Assembly: GCA_963693365.1 (NCBI GenBank)
Contig: CAVNZM010000002.1
Coordinates: 6,957,943-7,021,942, forward strand
Length of the DNA: 64,000 nt
Origin: Amoebidium appalachense
Taxonomy: Eukaryota > Protista > Ichthyosporea
Reading direction: 5' to 3'
In this document: positions 27,673 through 63,968 of the stretch, one piece after another
Layout: the number at the start of each line of letters is the position of its first letter
Position numbering within the stretch: the first letter of the stretch is position 1
Notes under the pieces: generated by a model
What the model saw: the letters and a program-made list of their open reading frames with translations, nothing else
Database searches by the model: none
Told to the model about the DNA's origin: nothing
Made by a program: the position numbers and the translations under genes

Positions 27673-30005
27673 CTTGGGAAACGAGGGTGCAACCGGAAAA
27701 CTACCGAAGGTCAGCGAAGGACAAATCCGCCAAGTTCATGCTGATTGGTTCACACCGCACCACCAGGGGGGAGCAAAACATGTTACCTGGTGGCGCAAAC
27801 AGGGCGCTAACTGGCCCTGACAGAGTAGGAGGCCTTGTAACTGGCAGGCTGGCAGGCCGCACCAGCGCAGCTCTGGCTGCGCCGGCTGCACACGATGCTC
27901 CAAGCTATATACTGGGGAAAAGGGAGCTGTGACTGTGTTGCTGCTCACAAATTTCAAAACCAGGGGTACGGATAACTCGGCATATGGGCATCTCGGATGA
28001 TCATCTGATGTTGTATGTGCGGGGAAGGAGGGCAAGTACAACTTACTCCGGTGTTTGCCGGTGTTAGTGCAAAGTTTTGACACTCACAGCCTGTGGTTAA
28101 ATTTTGTGACTCTTTTCTCATTTCAACTATACTGCAATATTGTTACAATATTTAGTATAATTATTGAGTTGCTTAATGGGGGCTTCGACTGCTTCACAAT
28201 TCGAACATGCGTTGGACGAACACTACAGCAACAGGCAGAGACCACAAGCCACACTCCAGTCTGCGGACACTCACGCAGAAGAATAAAGGTTCAGCACCCA
28301 AAAATGTCACAGAAGGCCAGGAGACAGCCAAGTAAAAGATAGGCTATAACGACTGCAGAAAAAAGTAGACATAGCAAGAGTGCAGCAAATGTGCCATTTC
28401 GCCTACATCATGTGCAGAGCGAAATCGGACTTTTTCACAGAGAAGAGTACTAGTATTAAATGTGCGTGCCCAACCTTTTATATCGATGTCTTCTAACAAG
28501 ACCTTTTGCAGCATTCCGCGGTGTTGTGCGTAATTCAAACACCATGCATGGCTTTAAATTTCGTGCACAGCACGAGTACACAGATGGGGAGATAGGGACA
28601 CCAGCGCCACCAGCCATTCCTTCGCTCACCAAGGCAGCACAGGCATGCTTGGAAGCCACAGAAGGCTGCCGCGTCACAAGGTGGGTAGCTCAGAGTTCCG
28701 GGGAGACTTCAGCAAAGCCATTCACTATCGAAAATCTCTGTGCAGCCCTGGCCAGCCCTCGTGTTGGCTTTTCCTCCTCGCAGGCTGATGCCGGGGCCCC
28801 ATCCTACCCAAGCTTGAAAGTCTAACAAAAAGAGAGGGCTATTTTGGTGCCTCTGCTTGTTTGGGAGTGAAGAAGGAGTTTCTTGAGTGCACGTGGTATT
28901 TAGCTACGTGTAATTCTAGCTACAAGCACGTGACGCAGTTGGAGATATGTTACTACGTGCACCATATGCACCCCTTCTAAGTTATAATAGTTTACTAACG
29001 GTTACATATTCACCAAAAAAGCTAAATTGAAAAATTTATGTAAACAAACAAGAGTGGCGAACGATTCGCATCAAATTCTGGTGAATAAAGAGGGGAGAAG
29101 CTTAAGTATGAATTATGCACGGCAGTCTTTCTTCGTGCTTCACAATAGCACGAAAGATGTATAGGCCTGATCATGGCTTGCACGAACCGCTTCGAAGACA
29201 TACACCCTTCGGAACAGGCATATGCATATGGGCTGCAAGTGTACTGCATATTCACATGCATGCACACAAGGAGGAGAACCTCGAGAATTGATTTCAATAA
29301 TTCTTTGGCAGCATTTACTCGCAATCAATGTTCAGTAACCCTCATACTGACTGTAGGGTTAGTCTCCAAGGCTATGTACCCACTGGCTTACGTAAGTGAC
29401 TGGGCACTACTACGGCAACTTGATACCTTGTGTCGCCTGCGGCAACATACAAGGTAAGTCACTCAAAGGTGACTTTTCCGTGCCCAGCACTGTCTGACCC
29501 GGCAGATTACGATACGTGACGTCACATTTAAATTCTACCTACCAAATATGGTAAAATGCAGTTAGGCAAGCCAATGGAATCTGCTCTAAAAAACTTTAGC
29601 GATTGGCTGAGTTGAACCTGATAATGAGCGAAGCAAACTTTTCAACAATACGCGGTAACCAGACGGTGGTTATGATCTTTTTTTTTATTTTTTTTTGTGG
29701 CCACTTAGACAAAGCGTATTCGGCGGCGAAAGGGCCTAAACGTAGATGTTGCTTAGTTATTAGGTGGGAAACGCAATTGGCAGCTTAAACCTGTTTATCA
29801 CTTGTTACACACCCGCTAAAAGTTGGCTGGGGTTTTTCTTTTTTCTGGACTAAACTGGTGACAGGCAGCAAAGAGCTTGCTACTCGGTCGAACATTGTTT
29901 TTTCTTGTTGTTGCTCATTAAATCCAATTCTTGAATCTCCAGCGTGCGTTTTATTATACTATTAACTAATCGGTGCTCAATACACTTCCGGTTAGAACCG
30001 ACAAT

Positions 30006-39257
<9,252 letters not shown>

Positions 39258-40042
39258 AAACATTCCGTTAAATTTTATATTTTAAATGACAATGCTCATT
39301 GTACGTATAGTTTGCCATAATCGGTTATGGCTTGGTTATAAGCACTTTATTGTTCTGTGGAAGTTGTGTGATGTGGATGTATGTTGGCTTGTGCATCCAG
39401 GCGTCGTGTTTGGTTGTTTCACTTCATTTTGTGCTTTTTATCTGTTGTTGCAATGATGTTATATATGATCTGTGAACATGGGTGGTATGTTAAGTAATGG
39501 CGCTATGAATGCTACAACACATGGGGTGATTGCAAGATTAGATCATGTTGACCATTTATGGAAATAGCAAGCGTGCAGCTGCAATCTTTCACAACAAACG
39601 CGAGCCACATCCAACAAGAGAAAGAGCAACACATCAAGAATTACCACTTTTTCCATACATGATGCTAAGACATTGTAGCACATATGCTGAGCACATATGG
39701 GGACACACACCGATCATTACCATGCATAATTGATGTTTTTTCATTCCACCCGTTCTATGCACGTAGTATACACACTGTCTGACTGTGGATCATGTAAATG
39801 GTGTTTTGGTGCGGTGGGCAATTAATGGGGTGCAGTGCACTCCATTTTATAACTTTTAAATTTAAACGAACATCGACTTATGTTTTATACGTGTTTGTGT
39901 GCGACTTTTGAGTTAGAGGAACAATGTCAGACTCTCCGGAACAAAGCACGATTGTGAAATACACAATATGCATATTTGTCGCTGCGCACGCACACACGTG
40001 CATGGATCCATATGAAAATCATGCATGATATATCTGTGCATG

Positions 40043-40200
40043 TTCATTCGTGGATAGGCATGTAGCCCATTTCATTCGTGGTTATGCATACAGCCTTTTT
40101 CATTCGTGGACATATGCACGCAGCTTTTTCATTCGCGATCGTGGACATATGCACGCAGCTTTTTCATTCGTGGATAGGCATACAGCCCATTTCATTCGTG
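40043..40200 (+). repeat. ~28-30 bp tandem repeat (TTCATTCGTGGA…CAGC) between the convergent genes
   Basis: About six copies of TTCATTCG(T/C)G at regular spacing. Confidence 0.75.
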
Positions 40201-40314
40201 CACAGGCACACGGGTGCCATCTTTAACACACGGTCGACCAGCCACCAAACACCAACACCCATTCGTACCATATTCAAGTTAACACAAGTACACGGCCCAT
40301 ATGCATCACGTGCA

Positions 40315-40425
40315 TTTAAAAGAGGGCTTCTTTTAGGCCGACTTATTGGCCACTAACGGGTCATGCGCATTGCTCCAATCATATTGCACACATCCCTTCC
40401 GGGTCTGACCCGACCCGGATTCCTT
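40315..40425. mobile_element. Kolobok/T2-like MITE, degenerate copy
   Basis: Shares CCAATCAT.TTGCA.ACATCCC.T.CGGGTCTGACCCGACCCG with the copies at 47462 and 49602. Starts at a TTAA. Confidence 0.6.
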
Positions 40426-40551
40426 TGAGCTCAAACGTAGTTGGTACAATGACATGTTGCATTCCATATCCCCCCCCCCCCCCCCCCCCTCCCCCCCCCC
40501 CCCCCCCCCCCCCCCTTCTTCCTTCTTCCCAATTTCGTTCGTTCCACATGA

Positions 40552-54658
<14,107 letters not shown>

Positions 54659-55006
54659 AGCTGAGCCCCTGCGCACAGACACCAGAAAGATGCGGGTGAA
54701 AAAACACACGTGTAAAGCGGCTACACAGAAACGAAGACACAGGCACACGATTCGTGACACGAAGCAATAACCACTGTTAGTCTACAATGGCAGACTGCAA
54801 GCGTGCATATTGGAAGTGAGTTTACAATGCGCGTGCACACGGGAAGACTCATGTCCCGAGGCGGGATGCGAAGGTGCATGAAGAACAAAGGTAGCAGGGA
54901 CAAAGCAGCCTTTTTATTATTATCACTAGCTTGCACTAGGGATAGACCACACCAACCACATTCATGTCCGTAAAGTACAACGCGGTAGTGTATAATTGTA
55001 TTCCAC

Positions 55007-55927
55007 CACGGCCCTCTGAAAAAAAGACGGCCTGGATACACTACGTCATAAAATCGCATTCCATTGTGCTCGTGGTATTTCGATCCACTGGATTCCGGCC
55101 CTAAAACGAGATGTCGGCACAGAACATGTATGTTGTTGTTTTTCGTTTACGTCTCGCTTTTTTTGGTTCAAAGACGGAGACATCGGTAACATGGCTGACG
55201 GCGGGACTGGCCTTATGAAGGGAGCTGCTCCTCCCGAGCCTGGAATGGATAAGAAGAGGAGTAACGGTCTGCGTAGCAACAAAATCGGTAACATATGCAG
55301 TGTTCCAGGCTGCAGAGGCAACTACGACGACCAAAACAAGGTTTTCGTTTACAAATTCCCCAACCCAAACGACGGGCGCATTAAAAGCAAGACGCTACGC
55401 GAAGAAACACGGAACCTTCTCAGTGCGTGGCTACGTGCTGTGCCGAGGCAGTGGCCTGAGAACTTCGACCCGCACGGTGTTGCGCGGGCCTGCTGCCGTC
55501 ACTTTCCCGCCCATGACATCGTTAAAAAAGGTGGCAAAACGTGGCCTAGGCCAGGCGCCGTCCCGAGCATTTTTCCCAACTGCCCCAGTTACCTGAGCGC
55601 CCCTTCCGCGCCTCCTCGTAAGGACCCGGAAGAGAGAGCCGCAAAGATGGAGAAGGTTCGGGCAAGGCAAGAGGAAGAGGCAGTAGCGAGGAAGCGCCAG
55701 AAGGAGATGTTCGTGTTCGGCCAGCTTGTTGTCCGTGCCCTGGAAATAGCGGAGCGGCACGCCGGCTGGAGGGTTTACGGAGGAAACACAGTGGTCGCTG
55801 GCGTTTACGAGCAAGACAATGGTACCCCCCCCCCCTCAAAATCCCCTCCAATGTCCTCATGCCCTCGCCCCCTCACCCCCTCACCCCCCCAACACACAAG
55901 GTCACATGAGGAGTCGACCGGCATGAA

Positions 55928-55961
<34 letters not shown>

Positions 55962-56047
55962 TTGTGTGTGTCTGTGTGTGACACTGTGTGTGTGTGTGTG
56001 TGTGTGTGACACGTGTGTGTGTGCGCGCGCATCAGTGTGTTTGTGTG

Positions 56048-56089
<42 letters not shown>

Positions 56090-56387
56090 TGTGTCGGGAT
56101 GGGTGGGTGGGGAGGGGGGGGGGGGGGGGGGGGGGGGGGGCTTTTCCATATGGTTTTTCACATGCCAAGCGTAGTCAAATGTGGTGCCACACAGATTTTG
56201 CTGACTTTTAATTTGCAGGCCAGTCTCATCCGCTATCTCCTGGACAGCGGCGTGAGCGGCGAGAAGCTCAGCTTTGTGCTCACCAGAAAGTTTCAAACCG
56301 ACCCCCTTGAGGGTGCTTTTGGCACAATCCGACAGTACAGCGGTGGGAACTACAACGTTGGGACAGCACAGGTGGGTACCTCCCCTC

Positions 56388-56449
<62 letters not shown>

Positions 56450-56804
56450 ACGCACACCCCTACCCTACTCAGCCACCCACCCACTGCCTGCAACAATGAA
56501 ACACAAGAGATACATCACACACACACGATTCATACAGCAATACAAAGAACAGAGACAGAACAGATATAGGATGATTTGGTGATTCACCTTAATAATGGGA
56601 TAGTGGTGTCATGACATGGTGGCACCGGGGAATAAAATAATCAGGAGAAAAAAAAAAGGGGAGGGGGGGGGGGGGGATAGCGAGAGAGGCAGGGACGGAA
56701 GAAGGGGTTGGAGGAGGAGGGGAGGGGGAGGGGGGGGGGTATCAGGATAAAAGGAGTGTGGTGAAAAGAAAGGGTGCAAAGAAAACTGAACGAAAAATGA
56801 AAGT

Positions 56805-56841
<37 letters not shown>

Positions 56842-56927
56842 CTGTTGAACTCAAACCACAAAAATGCACACACGTACACGCACACACACACACACACACA
56901 CAGACACACAGACACACATACACCAAA

Positions 56928-56999
<72 letters not shown>

Positions 57000-58774
57000 A
57001 TACATACACAACCCCACGCAGATATACCTAAACCATGCTTGTGTACACACGAAGATATGCTATGATACACTGCTTGCGCGCCCGCGCCATAGTGTGTCAT
57101 ATTAAAATTTTATAGCCACGTGCCATCTATATATACACAAATCACACAATAAACTCACCTCTATGAACAGACTCTCCAGGCCGTCAAAAGGATACGGGTG
57201 CAGAAGCTGGCAAAGCTGGCAGTGCAGACGGGCACAAGTGTAACACAGCTGTTCGACAACATGAACACAGCGCTCAACAGCAAACGCAAAACGATCACCA
57301 TCAAGACCATTCTCCCACTCTACAACAACACCATCTGGGGCCACGTCTATAAAATCAGCGAAGACATCAGAAAGCCAGAGGTGCTAACCTACCGGGCAGG
57401 GTTCTGTGTGCACGCGCTTCACGTGCGCAGTGTTGGCTGCAACACATGTCGTGCACATCTCGAAATCACCACACCCAACAAAAACACCAACACACCCACT
57501 GAAACAAGCACCACAGCTACCGAAACAGCCACCACTACGGCCGGGAGAGCCACAGACGATCACTACCGACTCATCCGCGCCGCCAATCGGGGGGGCCTGA
57601 CTTTCCCTTCATCACCAACAGTGAGCATTGTCACATTGGTCTACGGTGTGGTGGAGGCACTGCTAAAGCCACTGGTCAACACGTACCTTCCGGGGGGCAG
57701 CCATAGAACGGTGGCTGTGCTACTCAGCGAACATGCAGTCAAAAGGTACAATACCGATAAGGCACTTATGGACGAGTGTGGGGTGTGCGGCACGCAAAAG
57801 AGAGCACTAGTGGAACGACTGATAACCGTTGCAACCAACTGCCACCTGAGCGCGTATGTGCGTCAACGCAAGGAACAAGCGAAGAAAGCACCCAACAAAG
57901 CAAACCGGAAAGCCAAAACAGTGCAGGCGGCCGCTTTGGCGGCGAGCGAGGCCGCCGCGGGGGCAGGCGTCCCCGCCACAGTTGCAGGGAGCATGCCGTC
58001 GACAAAACCAGCAAAGAAGAAAAAGGAGAGCAAAACAGAGGAAAAGGGAGGCGAAGGGAGGAAGAAGGGAAAGAAAGGTGAAAACAAAACAACCACGGCG
58101 GAACCACCTACCGTCGAGTGGGAGATGGAGGGAAACGATGACGAGCTGGTGGCTGCACTGGAGGCAGCAGAGGCGGAGTACGATTGGATGGTAGAGGCGT
58201 ATTTGGAGGAAGCAGAGCTCTAGCGGCTTTGTCAGTGTTTTCTAACCCTCTTTCTTTTCTTTTTTTGCCAGTAGGTAGAGGTGTGAGGGTTTGCCGGGGG
58301 GGGGGGGGGGGGGGGGCTACACAGTGTTTATTGGTTGGTGGTTAGTGTTGCAGGACATAGACGTTCTAATACTTAACATACAGGTAGTATTATGTTACCT
58401 AGTGGATAGAAACACCTTTGAGAGAATATACGCAAAGAAGAGTTCTAGTTTTGTAGTAGATTTTTGCTCACGGCCGTGTTTGTGTAAACGTGAACTGCTC
58501 AATAGATATAACTATACTGAGACTCAGCTACACTATTATGTACACTATGCCAAAACTTTGTGCTATAGGGCTTGCGCATATTACTCTAAGACAAAAAAAC
58601 GCCCTAGAACATAGGAAGCACTTCATAAACTTTTGTCGTTTTTTTTTTCCTTCCGTTTTCCTTCATAATCTGCGCACTGATAGTAGTTTGCTAGCGAATC
58701 CAGTGGATCGAAATACCAATCTGCTCTTTTGACCCCGTTCTGCGGCCAGGCCGTCTTTTTTTCAGAGGGCCGTG
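55007..58774 (+). mobile_element. P-superfamily (THAP9/Galileo-like) DNA transposon, internally deleted
   Basis: Perfect 29-bp TIR CACGGCCCTCTGAAAAAAAGACGGCCTGG at 55007-55035 and 58746-58774. Perfect 7-bp TSD ATTCCAC at 55000-55006 and 58775-58781. Confidence 0.93.
55191..58223 (+). pseudogene. THAP-domain P-element transposase lacking the central catalytic region
   Basis: Exon 55191-~55821 carries THAP (CSVPGC…FP…W…CCRHF…AVPSIF). Exon 56219-56371 carries LTRKFQTDPLEGAFGTIRQYSGGNY (third catalytic residue region). Exon 57171-58223 carries YRAGF…CNTC…NRGGLTFPS. The two catalytic Asp regions and the GTP-binding insertion are not visible, and the exon 1 and 2 phases disagree. Confidence 0.85.
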
Positions 58775-58818
58775 ATTCCACTCATCCCGCCTGGCGGGTC
58801 TGTCTACCCCTGCCCAGT

Positions 58819-59654
58819 AGACCTGTGTGATCGGCTCGCCGCCGGGGGCTCGTCGGCCGTTGGTATGCGGTCAAATTCCTCGTATCAGTTCAACGATCTG
58901 TGTGATTAGACCTGGCCGGGCCCATCGCCACCCCGACGAGCCTGTCGGCCATAAAATGAGGTGTCGATTTCCATCCCGTCAGGGCTCGTCGCCAGTTAAC
59001 GCTGATTGGCTAAAAGTTTTGGCGCGCTTAACATTGATTGGCTGTTTTTGGCGGCAGCCTTCATAAAGCAGCGACGCTGGCGGTTGAGGTCAGTTTGCAT
59101 CGCCCGTTTTTCCAAATAACACGACACCGCAAACATGAGTCAGCCTCAGTACACTGCACCCCAGCTTCGTGCCATTATTACGAGCGCAGCTGGGTATGAC
59201 GGTTGGGTGGAGGAGCTGGCCCGTGGTCTGGCTCGTGACCATGGCCTCTTTGACGGCCCTAGCTATGGAAACCAAGGCCTGAGAGTTCTGTAAAGCCATG
59301 TTATAGCCGGCATTTACCAGAGCCGTAACAAACCCTTCCAACAACAGCAAACATGATTGAGCAGCTGATGTTATAAACAGCATGTACAGCTTTACAAGCT
59401 CTTCTTCTGAGGGTGGCCACATTTTCTACTAATTTCTCGCCCACTTCGAAAGATGCTGAGAAAAAAACTGAAAAAACTGAGACAAAAGAAAAGCTGAAAA
59501 TAGAAAAAACGTTCCCGAAAATGTGACAGGCCCGGCTGGGTCGCCGAGCTTGACCGGCCCGTGGCTCACGCATCTGTCCTGCCGACAGGCTGGGCGGAGG
59601 CGCCGCCGGGCCCATCGACATCTGGCCCGGGCAGCGGGCTGATCACACAGGTCC
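58819..59654. mobile_element. Harbinger-like non-autonomous element
   Basis: Inverted termini AGACCTGTGTGATCGGCTCGC … GCGGGCTGATCACACAGGTCC with an AGT 3-bp duplication on both flanks. Confidence 0.6.
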
Positions 59655-60298
59655 AGTGGCATTGTGACGTCATTTATAATGGACTGCATTGCCCAAGGAC
59701 TTCAGACTTAGCAGCAAAGAACACAACGCTACCAGCGCTTCTGTAAATACTATTATAGTACAGTGGCATTTACACAAGCAATGAACTCACTAATTAATGA
59801 TACAGCCTACATGTTGTTATAGTCGTACTGCATGGTTCCGAGTAGTACAGTCTTTTCAGTGTAGGCCGTGATGATGTGTACATGTAGCCAGGCGATCCAG
59901 TTTAAAATCTCCCGCCAAGCACCACTTTCGGCCAATAGGAATGCTGACTGGCCAACCAATCGGATCGATGATTGACACAAACTCTATGAGAGATATGATA
60001 GCCCAATTCCGGAAATAAGTGGAAATCGTTTCCGGAAATTTCCATTTCCGGAAATGGGATGGAATTTAGATATGTTGTTGCTTTCGATTTGCTTATTGGC
60101 TCGGCTCAGCCAGGTGGCCCCCCGGGCACGATCATCAGAAACGTACACGGCATGCACTGCCTCTCTACGAACAAAATTCAAATAAACATGTACACACCGC
60201 ACGAAGAAAACCCCTCTACCCTATCCTCCCCCTCCACTACCCTCAATGCGTGGGCGTGTGTTTGTGTACGTGTGTGTGTGTGTGTGTATGCGTGTTTG

Positions 60299-60382
<84 letters not shown>

Positions 60383-60889
60383 CACTGTGTGTGTGTGTGT
60401 GTGTACACGTGTGTGTGTGTACATGTATGTGTGTGTGTGCATGTGTGCCAGTGGGTGTGTCTGTGTGTGTGTGTGTGCCGTAGCCAATCAGCAAGAGACT
60501 AGCTAAAGAAGGGGAAATGCAACACAGCTCGGGCGGGTGGGTGGGGCTAAGTAGGGGCCGACGGGGAAACGTCAAAGCTAAGACGAGTAGAACGAGTCGC
60601 CGCCTATATACCATAGTCGGCTCCCTAGTGGCCACTGGTTGTTGGAACACTATTCCAACCAATCAGTTGGCCTAAATACATCTCTAAATAGAGCTTGCGA
60701 AGTATTTAGATATGTTGTTGCTATCTGCGACCACATGTTTATTTTACATATATAATACACAAAGCTGGATGGCAGGAGCGGCGCGGCGAGTGATTTTCAT
60801 CCAATCATTAAGGGGGGTGGGTGCTGTCGTCCAATAGGATGGCACGCATTCGCCAAGACCGGACACCGACCGGAAACACCACTTCTTCG

Positions 60890-61370
60890 GGGGCTAGGTC
60901 CGTGTGAACCTGTGCCAATCCCTTGCACCACCGGCCACCATAAGGCGGTGTCCCACACCGGGACCACTAATATTCCCTGCGCACATTCCCGCTGAATCTT
61001 CGCCACTGTCCGCTTGATCAACGGAAACGGTGGCGCCCACCAGCTGGGGCCTGCCATTCGGTGGCAAGCCCATCCTGCCCACCGCTCACGGGGACCACCG
61101 TGGTCCATGTGTGAAACGTGGGTTTGACTGCTGTCACAGGTGTAGCAAACCGATCCACCGCCGTGTGCAATCCGAGTGTCTGCTCGATACGCTCGACCGG
61201 GCCCCGCAGGGGCAACCGACCACTAGTGGCGGGGATCAATCCGCGACAACCAATCGCACAGTCGTTCACTTCGCCCGGAATGTATGACAGCTCTTGGGGC
61301 CAGGGGAGCCCCTTTTCCAAACACAACTTGAAAACCAGGTTGTGTATCATAGCGTAGGCAGACACTGATC
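60890..61370 (-). mobile_element. DIRS-type tyrosine-recombinase retrotransposon fragment (RNase H end + methyltransferase-like domain), frameshifted
   Basis: YIPGEVNDCA (RNase H C-terminus), VDRFAT…F…DGLATEW, then in another frame PPFPLIKRTVAKIQRECAQGILVVPVWDTALWWP, typical of the DIRS MT domain. Confidence 0.75.
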
Positions 61371-61753
61371 ATTTGGATTGTGTCAATCTTGAGATCGGAC
61401 TAACCCCGCGGTCGCCAATGAAAACCAGGCTGTGTATCATAGCGTAGGCAGACACTGATCATTTGGATTGCCAGCTAGAACCAATCTATCATGATTACAT
61501 GTATACCGACACATTAGAGATCGATGAGACATATTTCGTACAAGGACTCGGAGAGTGACATTTTCATTAATCCTATAACCGAAGACACAACCGGCCCAAA
61601 CTGAAAAGATCTTACCTAATGTAGATACTACATACTACAACATCCCTACTTAAGACTTTGAAGTTTGTCTTATCATATCCCCACTGAACTAGTGAAATCT
61701 CCGAGTCCCCACTTGAGAACAGAAACGAAAAAGGAAAGTGTGTGGGTTCCCCG

Positions 61754-61790
<37 letters not shown>

Positions 61791-61793
<3 letters not shown>

Positions 61794-63037
61794 GTAGTTG
61801 ACGGCCAGGTTGATGATACCACGGTGATGAGCAGTGACGATGCCGAGGCCGTGGACGTCGGTCGGGGGGCACGGCTCGAGAGGAGAGAAGTACTCCTTGA
61901 CGGGGCACACATGGACGTTGGAGGCCGAGTCCCAGCTGGGGTCCATGGGAAGGGAGGCCGTGGTGGAGACGAGGGCAAAATGCAACTCTTTGCCAGACTT
62001 GGTGCTGGCACGGTGACGACGGGCAACGGAGCAGCCAGGTTTGTCACACTGTGTGACATGATGGTTCTCGTGGCAGTAGGCACAGTCAAGGGAGCCAGTG
62101 GTCTTGGCATGGGTTTGGTGGTGATGACGGTTACCCCCTTTACGTGGGGGGTAGGGTGACCGGGAACGGGGACCGGGGGAACGGGATCGTGAGTAATCAC
62201 GGTCGACGGAGGGAGATCTATCGTTGGGACGACCACGGGGGTGACGGGAGACGGAGCTGTCACGTCGGGGGATCCGGTGACGGAGGTCGTCCTTGGTGAG
62301 GACACGGCTTTGCAGGGCACGTGCTGTACGGACGGAGGAGGAAGACCCGGACCCAGAGTCGATGAGATTTTCACGGATCTCTGCAGCTCGGATGTCACTG
62401 ATGAGACGGTTGTAGGTGTCGTAGCTGATGTGACGACGGAAATAGTCGGCAATCATGGCCTGGATCATGATGTCAGAACAAACCAGCTTACGGTTCTTCT
62501 TGAGGTGGATGAAGAGGTTGTCAACCATGGTCTTGTCGGGGATGGGCAGTCATCGAGGATGTGCAGGGTAGTGCACAGACGACGTGCCATGGTGAGGTAG
62601 GCCGTGACGGTCTTGAAGTCCTTGAGTTCAAGCTCATGATAATCGAGGAGGATTTGACGAGCACGATCTTCACGTTCAGCCGCATAGGTCATACGGAGGT
62701 TGTGGAAAGCTTGGGCAGGTGACACATCATCGTGGATTTGACCAGAGTTATACAGCTCATCATTGGAGACGAGTTGAGTAAACATCTGTTCAAGGAAGTT
62801 GGAAGCCTCGGTGTAGTCCTCCTCAGTGTCATAGCCGTGCCACTCGTTCCCGTCGGAAGGATCGACCCACTCGGGGGCCTTGATGATGGGCACTAACTTG
62901 GCCGCAATGGTAGTACGTAGGTACTGGAAGATGACGGGTTCCCACTCATAATAGGTGAGACGTTTGCCGGACTTCTTGTCCGTGGTGTCCTCCCCTTTCC
63001 AGGGGGTGAGGTTGAGGTACGCGGCCTTCTCCGACAT
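61791..63037 (-). pseudogene. Ty1/Copia gag-protease, frameshifted and truncated at a poly-C tract
   Basis: Gag-like YYEWE…SPAQAFHNLRMTYA…TVTAYL, frameshift near 62540, zinc knuckle CAYCHENHHVTQC, Copia protease motif WDSASNVHVC…F..L…VHGLG…A..RGII. No integrase or reverse transcriptase is seen downstream. Confidence 0.8.
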
Positions 63038-63142
63038 GTTGATCATACAGTCAGATGATGCGCGGGAGAGGATTCAGATCGGTATTCAAATTTGAATATT
63101 TCCGATTGCAGCGAGAAAATGTGTTGCGAGAGCATGCGAAAA

Positions 63143-63156
63143 CTGGGCCTTTAACC
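63143..63156 (-). other. Half-tRNA(iMet)-type primer binding site
   Basis: GGTTAAAGGCCCAG lies immediately after the LTR end …CAACA; 12/14 match to the copia-type PBS GGTTATGGGCCCAG. Confidence 0.7.
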
Positions 63157-63880
63157 TGTTGTTTTGTACGGTTCTAAGGGAGCAGAGTGCACAGAGGGGT
63201 CATGTAAAACACGACCAACACAATAAAGAGAGGGCAATCGGAGTTGTTTACGACACATGAATGAGTTCAAACAACAACTGAATCTTTATTGTGCTCTCGG
63301 GTCTTTTTGTATTTGCAACTTATCATCATATCTCAACCAAAAAGGGAGAACCAATCGGTTCTATCAGATGATAGAAAAACACATTCCGACAGAGCATACG
63401 CATTCCAACTTCCGACCTAACTGAAGCTTAGAAACTCTTACTTAAATAACTTAATTAATTATACATCTTGTCACTATTAATACACATATATATTTATACT
63501 CGTCTCTATAAAGAAACTCATTTAAATACATATATTAGTAAATAATTAAATAGTCGACACTCTCAAAGCGAAGACACATTACGATAAACCGAATGAATCC
63601 ATATATCTCTATTGTGTCCAATCATAACACGTATATTAATAGACAGGAATGCACAACACGATCTATAGATGTACTCACTCGTGACTATTGGTAAGTCATC
63701 TTATTGTGAACTAAAACTAAACCTCTTTGAACTAAAACAAAGACAACGAATATAGCTAGCCAATCACGCTACCTCTCAGATAAACAGAGGAGAGCAAACA
63801 CAGATAAAATACAATAAGTTCTATCAGGCAAGAGAGCCAGGTGTGCACAGATCTACAGATATCTATGCACACTAGAAACA
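63157..63880 (-). repeat. Putative 5' LTR of the Copia element
   Basis: The 3' boundary …AACAACA abuts the PBS. Candidate 5' boundary TGTT at 63880. AT-rich. No second LTR in the window confirms the boundary. Confidence 0.5.
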
Positions 63881-63894
63881 AGGGAGAGAGAGAG

Positions 63895-63968
<74 letters not shown>

